Positions 23,691 through 34,933 of a DNA stretch of 64,000 nt are shown here, one piece after another. The DNA is taken from assembly GCF_009834535.1 (NCBI RefSeq), contig NC_045696.1, positions 13,394,001-13,458,000 on the forward strand. The letters are read 5' to 3'. The position numbers were made by a program, and so were the translations under genes. Position 1 is the stretch's first letter; each line of letters begins with the position of its first letter. The stretch is from Camelus ferus (lineage: Eukaryota). Below the pieces are notes generated by a model, which made no database searches, had not been told where the DNA came from, and saw only the letters and a list, made by a program, of their open reading frames with translations.

Positions 23691-26214
23691 AACCAATACA
23701 ATTTGGAGAAAGACTGAAGTCTCCCCAGTCAACTTGGTGATAATGGACACAGATCAACTTCATTCTATATTTTAAATCACTAATTTTCATCCTTGAGAGA
23801 ATTAAAATATGTATTTTAAATACATGTTCTAATATATATCATATAAGGTATTATAATTCTTTGTTGCTTTTATTTCGTATTTCACAAAACTGCATCTAAA
23901 CTAGTATTAAAACAGAGTCTAGCTAGTTCCTAATGTACTAGTGCAAAAGTAAACATTCTAGATACCAGGGCGGAAGGCGAATTTTTCTTAGTATCAGGAA
24001 GTCGGGTAGCCTACCATCAAGCTGCCAGCAAGAGAGTGAGTGTCATTACCTATGAAGAAAGAAGACGGAATAGAGTCCAGAAATATTCTGACCCTTCGTG
24101 CTGTGTGGGGAAAGGCAGGAATCATTTTCTTAAATCTGTATGAAAAATGTTTCCGGTAGAGTTTAGGAGGGCTCGAGGAAGCCACACAGAAGGCATCAGT
24201 GGCCATACAGTAATTGCTGTCAATCAAGTCTTTCCCACCAGGAGTTCTGAGATGGAGAACTTGTCACACTTAAAAATGAATTTTTGGTTTGACAGACTGC
24301 CACCAGCAATAATAACACCTGGCTTTTGCCTTCCATTGATTATATTACAATTTATTTCTGGAGTATAGAGGTGGCCCTGTACACAGGAAGCCATGCATTA
24401 TACATGCACACCTTCATTTTTCACTCACTGATAAATTTCTGCTTAGGTAAAGTAATTCCTTCATGTAGTCTCAGAACTGTTTTTAATTAGTCTATGACAT
24501 CTGTGCAATTAGTTACATTTGTCAATATTCTAATAAAGTAGATTGCTGAACTTGCAAGGCAAGTAGGCTGAATTAATTGCTGATTTTTGATCAGTTTGAA
24601 AAGGACGGTCCCATTTGAAAGCAGTAGAATTCTAAATGAAAGGTAACACTCTGTGTGGACTTATTCTCTTTTCCTTTAATAAACCTTTGCCTAGATCTCT
24701 TTTAGCAAAAAAAAAGTACAAGGTTTTCTCTCATTGGCGGAAGTTTCATCTTTCAATGTTCAGCCACCCCTTAAGTATTGTCTCCTCTGAGTAGGTAGTC
24801 TTGTGTAAACTTCATGAATTCCAGGTCTTCCTTTAGTATGATTCAAATTAAATCTGGTTTTCAGTTTGTTTCTTTTTAGTCCCAATGACTAAAATGTTGT
24901 CTTCATTTGCTTCTACACTCATGAGTTTCCAAAGTATTTTTAAAACAAATTATAGAAGGTAGATGGCATCTCTGCACCATGGTGAACCTTGAACACAGGT
25001 TGTAGGAAATGGACTGCATTTATTAAAAATCCTTTCCACCTACTGTCTTTTATAATATACTTGACTCTTTGTCTTGTATTGATCCAACTTCATAATAAGC
25101 TTTATTAGGTCTCCCCTTAGAATATCCAAGGATACTATTGCTGAAACTTTTTAGAAAAACAGAAAGCATTGACTTAACTATATTCTCAATTTAGGTTTTC
25201 CTGGCAACTGCATAGAAAAGGCTAATAATAGCACTGATAAAATTTAACCCTGTTAAATTACCAAGATTATCTTTAATTCCTTCAATGTAAGTGATACTAC
25301 GTAATTTAGTGTAATTTTAAATATGCTAGCTTTTTTTTTTCCTTACAACTGTATAGATTAGAGCCATAAGCTGACTTAGACATTTAGGTTTTTCCTTCCC
25401 TAAAATTCTATAACTTACATGAATATGAGAACTCCAAAAGGCCCAGTGTTCCTGTTGTATCACATTAAATTGAAGAACAAAAAGTGGGACAACAACCACA
25501 ATGAATTAAAAAAAAAACTCTCCACCCATCCCTTGAAGTTCTGGAGGAACTTTAGAGTGGCTCCAATGAATAAGCCACAGAAACTCTTTCTAAAGTCCCC
25601 TTTCTTCCCAGTTTCAATTCCCTAATACAACTCAGCATTTCCAGGGTCTTTTTGGTGTCTGGAATGCTTTTAATCTTCTCTCAAGTTCTAGAAACCGTGT
25701 ATTCATTTCTTTAAGGCATTCATTAGCCAAAAAATATCATCCCAGGATGAAGCCGTCATCTGACTGGTTTACTTTATTTGACTGTTGGTTTAATTTGATG
25801 CTGTGTTTGGTGGAGGTGAGAATGGGGGTTGAAGAGGAATTGAGGAGAGGTCTATTCCATTTGTCCCTTTCTGACAATCTGCAAATGGAGGTAATTTCCA
25901 GAGAATACTATTTCAGAGAATACCTGAGTTCTATGAATATTGCCTGACATTGTCATACTCTGAGAACACGAGCAACCGTAGGGCACACCCCATCATCTAT
26001 AATAAAGGTTATCAACCCCTTCCCCACATCAGGTGTATTACACAGAGAACTCATACTTTTTCCTGTCCTGTTTTGTACAGGGATGTGCTAGCAAACCATG
26101 AGATTTGAGAATCTGTGTTGTTTTTCTTATCAGAAAAGTGAGGGGAAAAAAACTGCAACAGTTTTAAGATACTGCATTTGGAATGGGCAGTGCTAATAAT
26201 AGCACTGATACAAA

Positions 26215-26365
26215 AATAATACATTTTGTGCTATCCATGCAGTATCTCATTTAAGGCAGCGACTAGAATATCTTTCATTTAATGGGTTAAGTGAACAAAC
26301 GTTTAAAGACATCAATGATTTGAGATTTGAACCCAGATATGTGTGATTTCAGAGCTCAAGATTTA
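26215..26365 (-). mobile_element. MIR SINE fragment
   Basis: TATCTCATTTAA...GAGATTTGAACCCAGATATGTGTGATTTCAGAGCTC. Confidence 0.65.
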
Positions 26366-27199
26366 GGCTCCTTTTTTTTTTTTTTTTGCAGTGGAGGGGA
26401 AACACAGTTAATATTTATATCTGGATAGAAACCCCTTTTATGAGATTAATAAGCCAGTGATTTTAAAGTTAAACAATACGTTGTCCCTACAATAAAGCAT
26501 GAAAGAGTTTTGTTAAGTGGAAAATGATAACTTTAATCACAAGGGGGCTGCCAGAACTTCTGCAGATGAAATTGTTCTACCAGGCAGTCTTACCGGTCCC
26601 TGCCGGCTGAGAGAGCACATCATTCTCTTAATGCCACGGCACAAGAATTTAGACAATTCCTTTTTAAGTGGGTATGTGAAAGCAAGCCACTTATAAGTTA
26701 TCTGGGTCACAAAAATGAAATACACGGCCAACCTGGCTTTCTTAAAGCATTGCCGAAGGCACTGACCCTTTTGCTGCTTCCTCCAGACAAGCAGCAATTC
26801 AATCCTAGCAGGTGTTTCCTTTCTTACGTGTCAGAGCTGATCTCTGAGAACAGCAGAGAGTGACTTTACAAATAGAAAGGAAGACAAACTTTCCCCAACA
26901 TGTGTGTGCATGCATACAGACCTGTCCACCCACCCATTTTTCCCCGCTCCAGCTTAAAAGATTTTAAAAAGAAGGTACCTTTATCAAGCAAACATTACAA
27001 GTCACTGCCATTGTATTGTCATACATATGACAAAATGGGCTGTCTTGAAACTATGTACTCAGGTGTGGCAGCTTAAAAAAAGGACTAAGTTCCCAGTCAT
27101 TAATGACTCATATATTATACCCGATGGATTCTTGGAATTTCTGTTAGCCCGTCAGACCAAAAGTTCTTTGAGTGAAAACAAAATACCTGTTATTTAAAC

Positions 27200-27400
27200 A
27201 AACCAATCTGCCCACCTGGCTCTTGCTGAACACCTGCTGTATGCTTAACACGACATCAGAGAGTAAGGAGAACACACCAATATAAGACACGGTCTATACC
27301 ACAAAGATCTTATAGGAAGTATATTGGGAGATAAAAGGCTATCCATAAAGTGGTGAACAAAAATATATATAAGACACTAAATGCAGACAAAGGAGGGCAG
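27200..27400 (-). mobile_element. L2 3' fragment
   Basis: TTGCTGAACACCTGCTGTATGC...AATATAAGACACGGTCT..CAAAGATCTTATAG. Confidence 0.55.
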
Positions 27401-27639
27401 AGAGGCTGATGGAGTTTGGAGCAGGAGCTGTTGGTAATGGCTGGAGCTTTGGGGAAAGCAGATTCCACGCAGGGAGGAGGGAGAGAGGGACAGTGGGCTC
27501 TGTTGAGAGGATGCTGAAGAGTCAAGATGCTGACATGACAGTGAATTCTTTGGTTTTCTCCCACGACAACTCTCAGGCCAACAACTGGTTTGCAAAAGGA
27601 GGTCCGTGATCTCACTAAAAATGAATATTGTGAGGGATG

Positions 27640-27790
27640 AGCTGTGGGGACCATCACGTTGAATGCTGCCATTTCACAGGTCAGGAAAGTGAAGCAGGCT
27701 GGTGCTAAGTGCTGCGTTCAGGATCACGTAGCTGATTAGTGACAGAAATGGACTTGGAAACCCCGGGAAGTGTGACCCCGATTCAAACAA
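27640..27790 (-). mobile_element. MIR SINE fragment
   Basis: CCATTTCACAGGTCAGGAAAGTGAAGCA...CAGGATCACGTAGCTGATTAGTGACAGA. Confidence 0.7.
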
Positions 27791-28619
27791 TTCTTCTTGT
27801 ACTTACGCTTCTAAGTGGTACTTACCTTCCTATAAATTTAGCTGACCTGGTCTGAAGAGTAGGAAAGTCACAGTCAATTCTTTTCAGTCAGTCTATTGAT
27901 CAGGGGCCTGAAGCAAGTACCCAAATTGAATTTAGACTTCACTAATTTGCTGAAGCCTGAAATGGAACAAACTCGTATTTAGTGGTACCTGGATCTGATC
28001 GTCACTTTGCTCGACTACTGATGTGTACTAATTGGCTGTATTTTCAGTACCATTGAGATTCAACCACCTTTTGCAAGACTGCTTGAAGACATGGGGGTGA
28101 GAAGTTCTATAACTCCTTGGATGTGTTTTCTATTGGTTTTCATATATACGTAAATACAGATATTTACAACTATATATCTACAGACAGAGGCACAAACATC
28201 TTTTCAGAAACAATTCTGAACTCAGGAATTATTAGAGGAAACAAATGTTGCTCTTCCACTAATTATAACCCAGCAATAATTACAACCTAGGGTTCTACCA
28301 GACGTTATTTCACAAAGAATTTCTATGACTTGTTCTTTTTTTTTTCCCTAGAGGTAGCATTCCTTCAAGTGCCACTTCATCAGTCTCTGTGAGAGCATGT
28401 AAGCCACGTTTTCCACGTGGAAATTCAAAGGTACAAGGGACCCTTACGTAGATCTTGGCATTTGTTTCTCTCTGATGGAACAGTGGACAGAGTCGTTTCA
28501 GAGCTGAGATTTTTCTCTAGTCATGCTAATAATGAGCAGAAATAGCTCTCCTCAATGGCAGGACACTCGGGAGGAACTAGGGGATGCCCTCACAAGAACA
28601 AGAAAATCTGACTTTTCAA

Positions 28620-28855
28620 CTATCTCCCAATCTAAAAACTGGAGTCAGAGCTCTCTCCCTCTTTTTATATCTCAGTGTCATTAAGCCCTGCTGTTGGCCA
28701 TTTAAAAAATATTTTTATGATCTTCCCTCCTCATTATGTCTCTGCCATCACCTTGACTTAAGGCTTAAATATTACATGCCTTCAATAAGCATCAGGCTGG
28801 TTACTTTTGTCTCTTGACAGTGGACTTGATTCCTCCATCCCATCTCTCTCTCTTT

Positions 28856-28906
<51 letters not shown>

Positions 28907-29420
28907 CACAGTGGAATGACTTATTCTTCAAGAAAAATATTGCTTTCATTACTTTCCTGCTCGGCAAACTATTGTACCAAGTGAAAATCATTTTGTCAGG
29001 CTTTCATCCTCCTCCACTCACCCTCTGACATGATTTATTGTGCGTGATGCTCTCTGTATTCCGTATAGGCTTCTAGGATCGCCTTTGTGGTTTGCTTCAG
29101 GCTGTTCACACTGCCTGAAATACAGTTTCACCCCTCCATGTCTATACCAACCATAGAAATAGAGACTCTGAAACATCCCTGTTTACCTATCTGTTATCTG
29201 AGACCCATTTCAAGCTCTGGGTCTTCTAAGAAATGGATCTTGACAAATCTAGCCAACGTAAAGTATCTACTGACTTATTTTCTCAGTTACAACTTAGAAT
29301 TTAGTCCCTTATCTTTTTAAAAAATATTTTCACATGACTTATAATCAGTTGTATATTCCTTAGGGGGACAGAGTGTTTAGCATCCTTAGTCTTACAGCTA
29401 TGAAAGATGCTCATTAATTG
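28620..29420 (+). mobile_element. L2 fragments (interrupted by AC repeat)
   Basis: Pyrimidine-rich sense L2 motifs: CTCTGCCATCACCTTG, GGCTGTTCACACTGCCTGAAATAC, GATGCTCATTAATTG. Confidence 0.6.
28859..28904. repeat. (AC)23 microsatellite
   Basis: Read directly from the sequence. Confidence 0.98.
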
Positions 29421-31234
29421 ATTATCAAAGCCCTCATGCAAACAGTATAATTGCATTACATAATGCTGTGGTTATATTCAGACCCTAAGGCTGGGTGAGA
29501 TGTAGAGGTTTGGGAGCTAGGCGAGCTGAATGGAATCCCTTAATAGACAGTGTTGTAGTCAAATGCAAGAGAAGGTTAGTGTAGGAATCTAGGGCCTCTT
29601 CTTGTAAAGTAACCACAACTCCATCCTCCAACTTTCCGTGGTCTTCTAAGTGAGGTTAGGTCCATAACTATCTTTATTTATTTATTTATGTTTAAAAATA
29701 ATTTTATGAAATGCATAAAGGGTATTTTGACAAGTCAGAAAATGCCATAGTTATGGTTCCTGCAGGGCTAATGTATTCATCTTTCACAAGCTAAATGTTA
29801 AGGCATATATCTAAGCGCCAAACTAATTAGCAATTATATGCACCTCATAAGCAAATGATCATCTCACAACTACAGTCTTCCCATTTCCTGGCTCCTGTCC
29901 TCAGAGCAGAATTCAGAAAAGTATCAGCAACCTGCAGGGCAATGCTCTGTGTTGAGTTGAGAGATTCAGGGACTGAACTGCTCTGTGAGCCTTTAGGGAA
30001 ATGCTGGATATAGGTTAGTAAGAGGGATCATGGTCTTTCTTTGGGGCAGGCCTTGGGGCAGCACGTATCTGGCCCTATGTGTACTTTGCAGAGCTGTGGA
30101 GGCTGGATTATCTCCCTTCCCACCTCTGTGAAGATGTTGTCCAGCTCTGTCCAAATCCATGATTGGCTTACTGTCTCAGAGAATTGGTAGGTTAGGGGAC
30201 AATCTCTTTTATCTTCCTACCAACAAACAGGCTATAATTTTCCTATACTCACCATCCTTCCCCATCCCATTATCTAAGCAATAGTCCCCATTCCCAGACA
30301 TAAGGATGTACATATGGTCGAGGCTGACCCTGCAGACTCATTCGCAAATTTTTTCTATCTGGAGTCTGTAAGAAAGAGATACTTTCCACTTCCATCGTGG
30401 AATTTGAGGAGAAGGAAAAGAACCGACTGCAGCCATGAATCCGGCATCATGTGGATAGAGCTTGTCTGGGAGAACAAAGCTGATATATGAAGGCAGAGGA
30501 TTTGGATAGGAACAGAAGGTTACAATGACATTAGATCTTCTGATGCCCATCATTTTGAGTCTTTCCAAAGCCTGGCCTCTCAGATCTTCTTTTGAATGTG
30601 GGATTTACCTCTTTATCTTGAAAATAACTCCTTCAAACATCCATTTCCCCTCTAATATACATCTCACTCATAATCAAAGAAAACTGTCTAAAACATCAGC
30701 TAAGGCCAGTGAGAAAAAATTTAAGCTATATTTTCACCTGAGAAAAGGAGATTCCAGAGATTTGCCACTTATCCTTTTCCATCAGCATGTCTAGTTTCCA
30801 TACCTGCCTTGAGTGTTTCATGAGGAGAAATTGTGGGCTTCAAGGAGACGGCTTTAATTAGAATAGAGGGTATGGGCCATTTTCAACTCTGATTTAAAAA
30901 AATAAAATAAAAACAGAACCACAGCTTTCTTCAGTAAGTATAATATTATTTGAATGGAATGAATGTAGAATCTGAATCTAATTACAAAGTCACCAAAGGA
31001 TAATATCAGGATACTGGGGAGTAAGGTGAACTGCTTTCAGTTTAATTGTTAGTCTTTCTCTACAAAAGGAATGGCATTCTACATTCTCATTCTATGAACA
31101 AGTGCTAAGAATAAGACCTGTATGAGTTTGGGAGCCTCCCCACGTCATCACCCTAGCACGCAAATCCCATTTAGTATGTGTAAAAATAAAGGCATCTGAA
31201 GGAAGTTCATTATGCACTGAGGCCATCGAAAATG

Positions 31235-31470
31235 ATGATCGCTAAGAATTGTATAATATTTACTATATTCCAGGTAGTATCCTAAGTTTTCCACATAGAT
31301 GATTTCATTTTATTCTCATAACAGTCTTATAAACTCTTATTACCCTCACTTTACAGATTAGAAAACTGAGGTAGAGAGAGTTTAATTTGGCTAAAATTAT
31401 GCTGCTAGTGAGAAATAAGAGGCCAAATTCAGATGCAGGGAGTTTGGCTCCAGAGCCTGTGCTCCTAACT
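31235..31470 (-). mobile_element. MIR SINE, near full length
   Basis: TTTCATTTTATTCTCATAACAG...CACTTTACAGATTAGAAAACTGAGG...TTTGGCTCCAGAGCCTGTGCTCCTAAC. Confidence 0.85.
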
Positions 31471-31504
31471 GATTTTACTTCTCAAAGTCAGGCTCTTAGG
31501 TCAT

Positions 31505-32035
31505 GGAGTAGACACTTCTGGTTGCTTACCCAGGACTCTATTTCCCGCACTTTGTCTTTCTCAGAAGTTCCTAGATTTTTGTGAGGGTGTGCAGTCCATG
31601 AACTTTATAGGAAGCTCAGCCTACTCCACACTACAGGAATGAAACCTGGGTGGTGAAATCCAGTTGGTACACACTTTTCTCCCAGCCACAGCCGTTAGCT
31701 CCAGAGTGGTCCTGGGACTTCAGAGAGCCACAAGGGGCAAATCCCAGACTTGTTATTGGAATGCTAGAGCAGACCCTTGCTCTCCCAATCACAAGCAGTG
31801 TGGTATGTGGCTATGAAGCGTGGAACTGTTGCAGCCACTTTGCCACCATGAGGGAACCAGTCTAGCATGTAGCTAAAGGTGAGGAAGGCAGAGAAAAGTG
31901 ACAGAAGTCACCAGGTCCTTCATGACATCATTGAGCCGTTGATCAGACTGACCCTGAAGTCTGACCTCCCATGAACTTCTAGTGTAGTGAGTGTGAGCTA
32001 ATAAACCTGCTTTAGAAGTTAAAGCTCATTTGAGC
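31505..32035 (+). mobile_element. Old MaLR LTR (MLT1K/L-like)
   Basis: GGAACTGTTGCAGCCACTTTGCCACCATGAGGG...GGTCCTTCATGACATCATTGAGCCGTTGATCAG...GTGAGCTAATAAA. Confidence 0.8.
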
Positions 32036-33229
32036 AGACCAAATGTAGTCTAATTCACCTGTCTTTTTATACTGCGAGGACTAATAAGAAATTGGTAGTG
32101 TTCTTCTGGTGGATAAACAACTTCACTAGAGTGAGTGGAGTAAGAATTAGATACCTTTTAAAGCCACATTATTTCAGGTCCATAGTCATAACATAAGTTT
32201 TTGCTTTCTAAATGTTTGTTAATGTAGATTAGAGATGGCCAATACATGGGGAACCAACCTTCCCCCTTCTGACACCCATAGCAGACATCGCTCATCAGCC
32301 ACAACAGTGCTTCTGCTGAGACAGCATTCTTTCTCTGCATTGTGCTTGAGGTAACCACAATCAGAAGAACAGGGTTTGTAAAGGAAATTTGTGTTCACTG
32401 ATCTAGGTAATCACGGATTTTTACTACAATATAAAGTTGGTAATTTTGTGGAAATACTTCACTGTAAATCACCTTACTCTGTAAGAACACTATTATAGTT
32501 GGAAGTTGCATTGTCATCTAAGGAAGCAAACATGCTCTCAATCACAGAATAATGGGAAGTGTGACATAAAAACACAACTCAGCTATAAACCTTTGTAATA
32601 ATTTAAAATAAATAATCAAATTGTGCTCTGAAGCCTTTAAAAAGGACCTAAATTTACTGTATATATTTATTTTATGAGGCATCCCAATATACTATGAATG
32701 ACACTTCCAGCTTATAAAATTATAATTCTTCTGCATTATAAATTTTACACAAAATGAATCCATAACATGATATAAATATTAATTGAATTTTTAATTGACA
32801 TCACTATTTCCATTTAGATAGGTCTTTTTGGTATGATTGGGTGGCCCAGGTCATTCAAAAACCAACCAATCAGTCAGTCAATAACAAACCAACTATTCTG
32901 TTAAATTTCAGAGGTCTTTTTACTCCCAACAAAAAGACCCGATAGAAAACAGACAAACCCAGAAGCATTCCTCTGATATTATAGCAATACTCAGATTAGT
33001 AGGTTTATGCTGATGGTCATGACATTTTTTCTCATTAAAATTCTCATTAAAACTTGATTTCTTTTGACCCTCTCTTGTCCCATCAACTATAGAAGTAGTT
33101 ATTCCACAGCACTGAAATATCAGTCCTAAGGGGTATCATACACATTGACAATCACTGTTAAAAGGTCTTTTAAACAGTTTATCTAGAGAACAATACCATA
33201 GTCCTTCATCAAGTAATTACAGCAATCCA

Positions 33230-33350
33230 GCATTAATTCACATGTAAATTATGAATACCATGGACTGGGTGCTGTTTTAGGCATTGTGAACATGAAACAG
33301 TAAATGAAATGCACATACTCCTTTCCCAAGGGGACTTATCCTGGTATTTG
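33230..33350 (-). mobile_element. L2 3' end
   Basis: GGGTGCTGTTTTAGGCATTGTGAAC..CAGTAAATGAAA..CAAGGGGACTTA. Confidence 0.55.
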
Positions 33351-34131
33351 TTCAATGGAACAAAAGTCAATACAAACAAAAATTCATCATGAATGTCTGT
33401 CTACCCGTACTCCATTTGGAATTTTTAAAGATTTTACAAAAAACGTTTGCTGTTACTGTTGGGCATGATCTTGAAAACAGATGTATTTTAGTATCCCAAG
33501 CCATATTTTAATAGCTCTTGCCTTTCTTCTTTGAGTGGCTTCCTCATCTCCTTTTTCATGCCACTCGATTAAGATACACAACACAGTCCTCACAGCCTTC
33601 CTGCTCTTGGGTCTGAATACAGCAGAACACCATGCGTCCACAGTCAACCTGGTGCCTTACACCTGGCTCAACAGTTCAAGAAAAGGATCGAAGCTTATTT
33701 GAAAGCTCTTGCTCGTGACCTGGTAATGAACTGTGTTTATGGAGCTCCAGTGGTGTAGGAGCTGTGTCACTTCCCTGCGGCAGCTGTGGGGTGTGAGAAG
33801 GAGATCTTAGCTGTGTGCACAATTTTCCAGTAGCAGCACAGCTTTGATCTGATCCTCATAGCCTTCTAAGCAGTGGTACCTCTGGTTGCGATGGAACTGG
33901 GGAGGCAAGAGAGGATGGTTGTCCCAGAGGGAGCCGTGAAGCTTGACTGCTCATTCTTCCTCTTGCAGATGTTTCTGTGAGGTCAAGTTGCTAGTACCTC
34001 TGTCCTGCTCAGGCAATTATAGCTCCTTCCTTCACAGAGCTATCCAGATGGCCTGCATGGTTGATCTGGTGATGTTCTTATTCTAAGATAGAGGACTTGT
34101 CCTATGGTGACATTTTTTTAGCCTCAGTTTT

Positions 34132-34233
34132 TTCTTCTCTTCCTTCCTTCTTTCCTTCCTTCCTTCCTTCTTTCCTCCCTTCCTTCCTTCCTTCCTTCCT
34201 TCCTTCCTTCCTTCTTTCCTTCCTTTCTTTCTC
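34132..34233. repeat. (TTCC)n polypyrimidine simple repeat
   Basis: Read directly from the sequence. Confidence 0.97.
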
Positions 34234-34539
34234 TCTTGTTTTTGGACTAAATTGAGCTCAAAATTTGAGCATTCTATGAGGAAAGTAGCCAGGAATTAAT
34301 TAGTTCTGCCTTCCTTCCCTTTCTCCCTCCCACCCTCTCTCTCTCTTTCTGTTTCCCTCTCTCTCTTTCCAACTGAATTCATGAATTATCTTTTCTCACT
34401 TTTCTGTCCATGAAATTTAGTTTCATACAGGCCATTTTTGTACCCAAAAGGTAGACAGAGATTGTACTTTTGTTTAAGGAACTAAGAAAAAATGCCTAAC
34501 ATATGTAAAAGTGGAATTATTATTAATAGAGTTTGCATG

Positions 34540-34933
34540 TCAAACACTGGTTAGCTGTTCACCAATCTCATTTCCTTTTCTTTCAGAATATTTTGGCTAT
34601 ATTTCCCTGCTTCCTTTCTAAGTAGGTATGACCATTTGGTTGAGCTCTAAAAAATGCAGTGTATTTGGAAGTGATATGCACCACTTCCACTCTGGCTTAT
34701 TAAAACCTTTCTACACATGATCTACCAAGCTGGATGCAGACAAGCCTGGAAATGGTGAGAGACACACAATAAAAAGAACCAGGATCTGGAAATCACATGT
34801 TAAGGAGAGGTAGACATCAGTTAGAATCACCTGCTTTGAGCCTCGGGGAGCTGGGAAAGAAAAGACTGTAATTGGCCGTTACACATTAGGGGAATTATTT
34901 GCTACAACAGCTAGTGTCATCTTAACAAACACA
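34540..34933 (+). mobile_element. Old MaLR LTR (MLT1J-like)
   Basis: CTATATTTCCCTGCTTCC..TAGGTATGACCAT..GGAAGTGATATGCACCACTTCC...TTATTTGCTACAACAGCTAG..CTTAACAAACACA. Confidence 0.75.

Noticed and set aside
33026..33052. Short tandem duplications (TTCTCATTAAAA x2; also near 12906, 46444 and 49535)
   Set aside because: Ordinary 12-17 bp slippage duplications with no further structure.
33940..33990. Strong acceptor TTCTTCCTCTTGCAG
   Set aside because: No convincing donor follows and the peptide is not recognisable.
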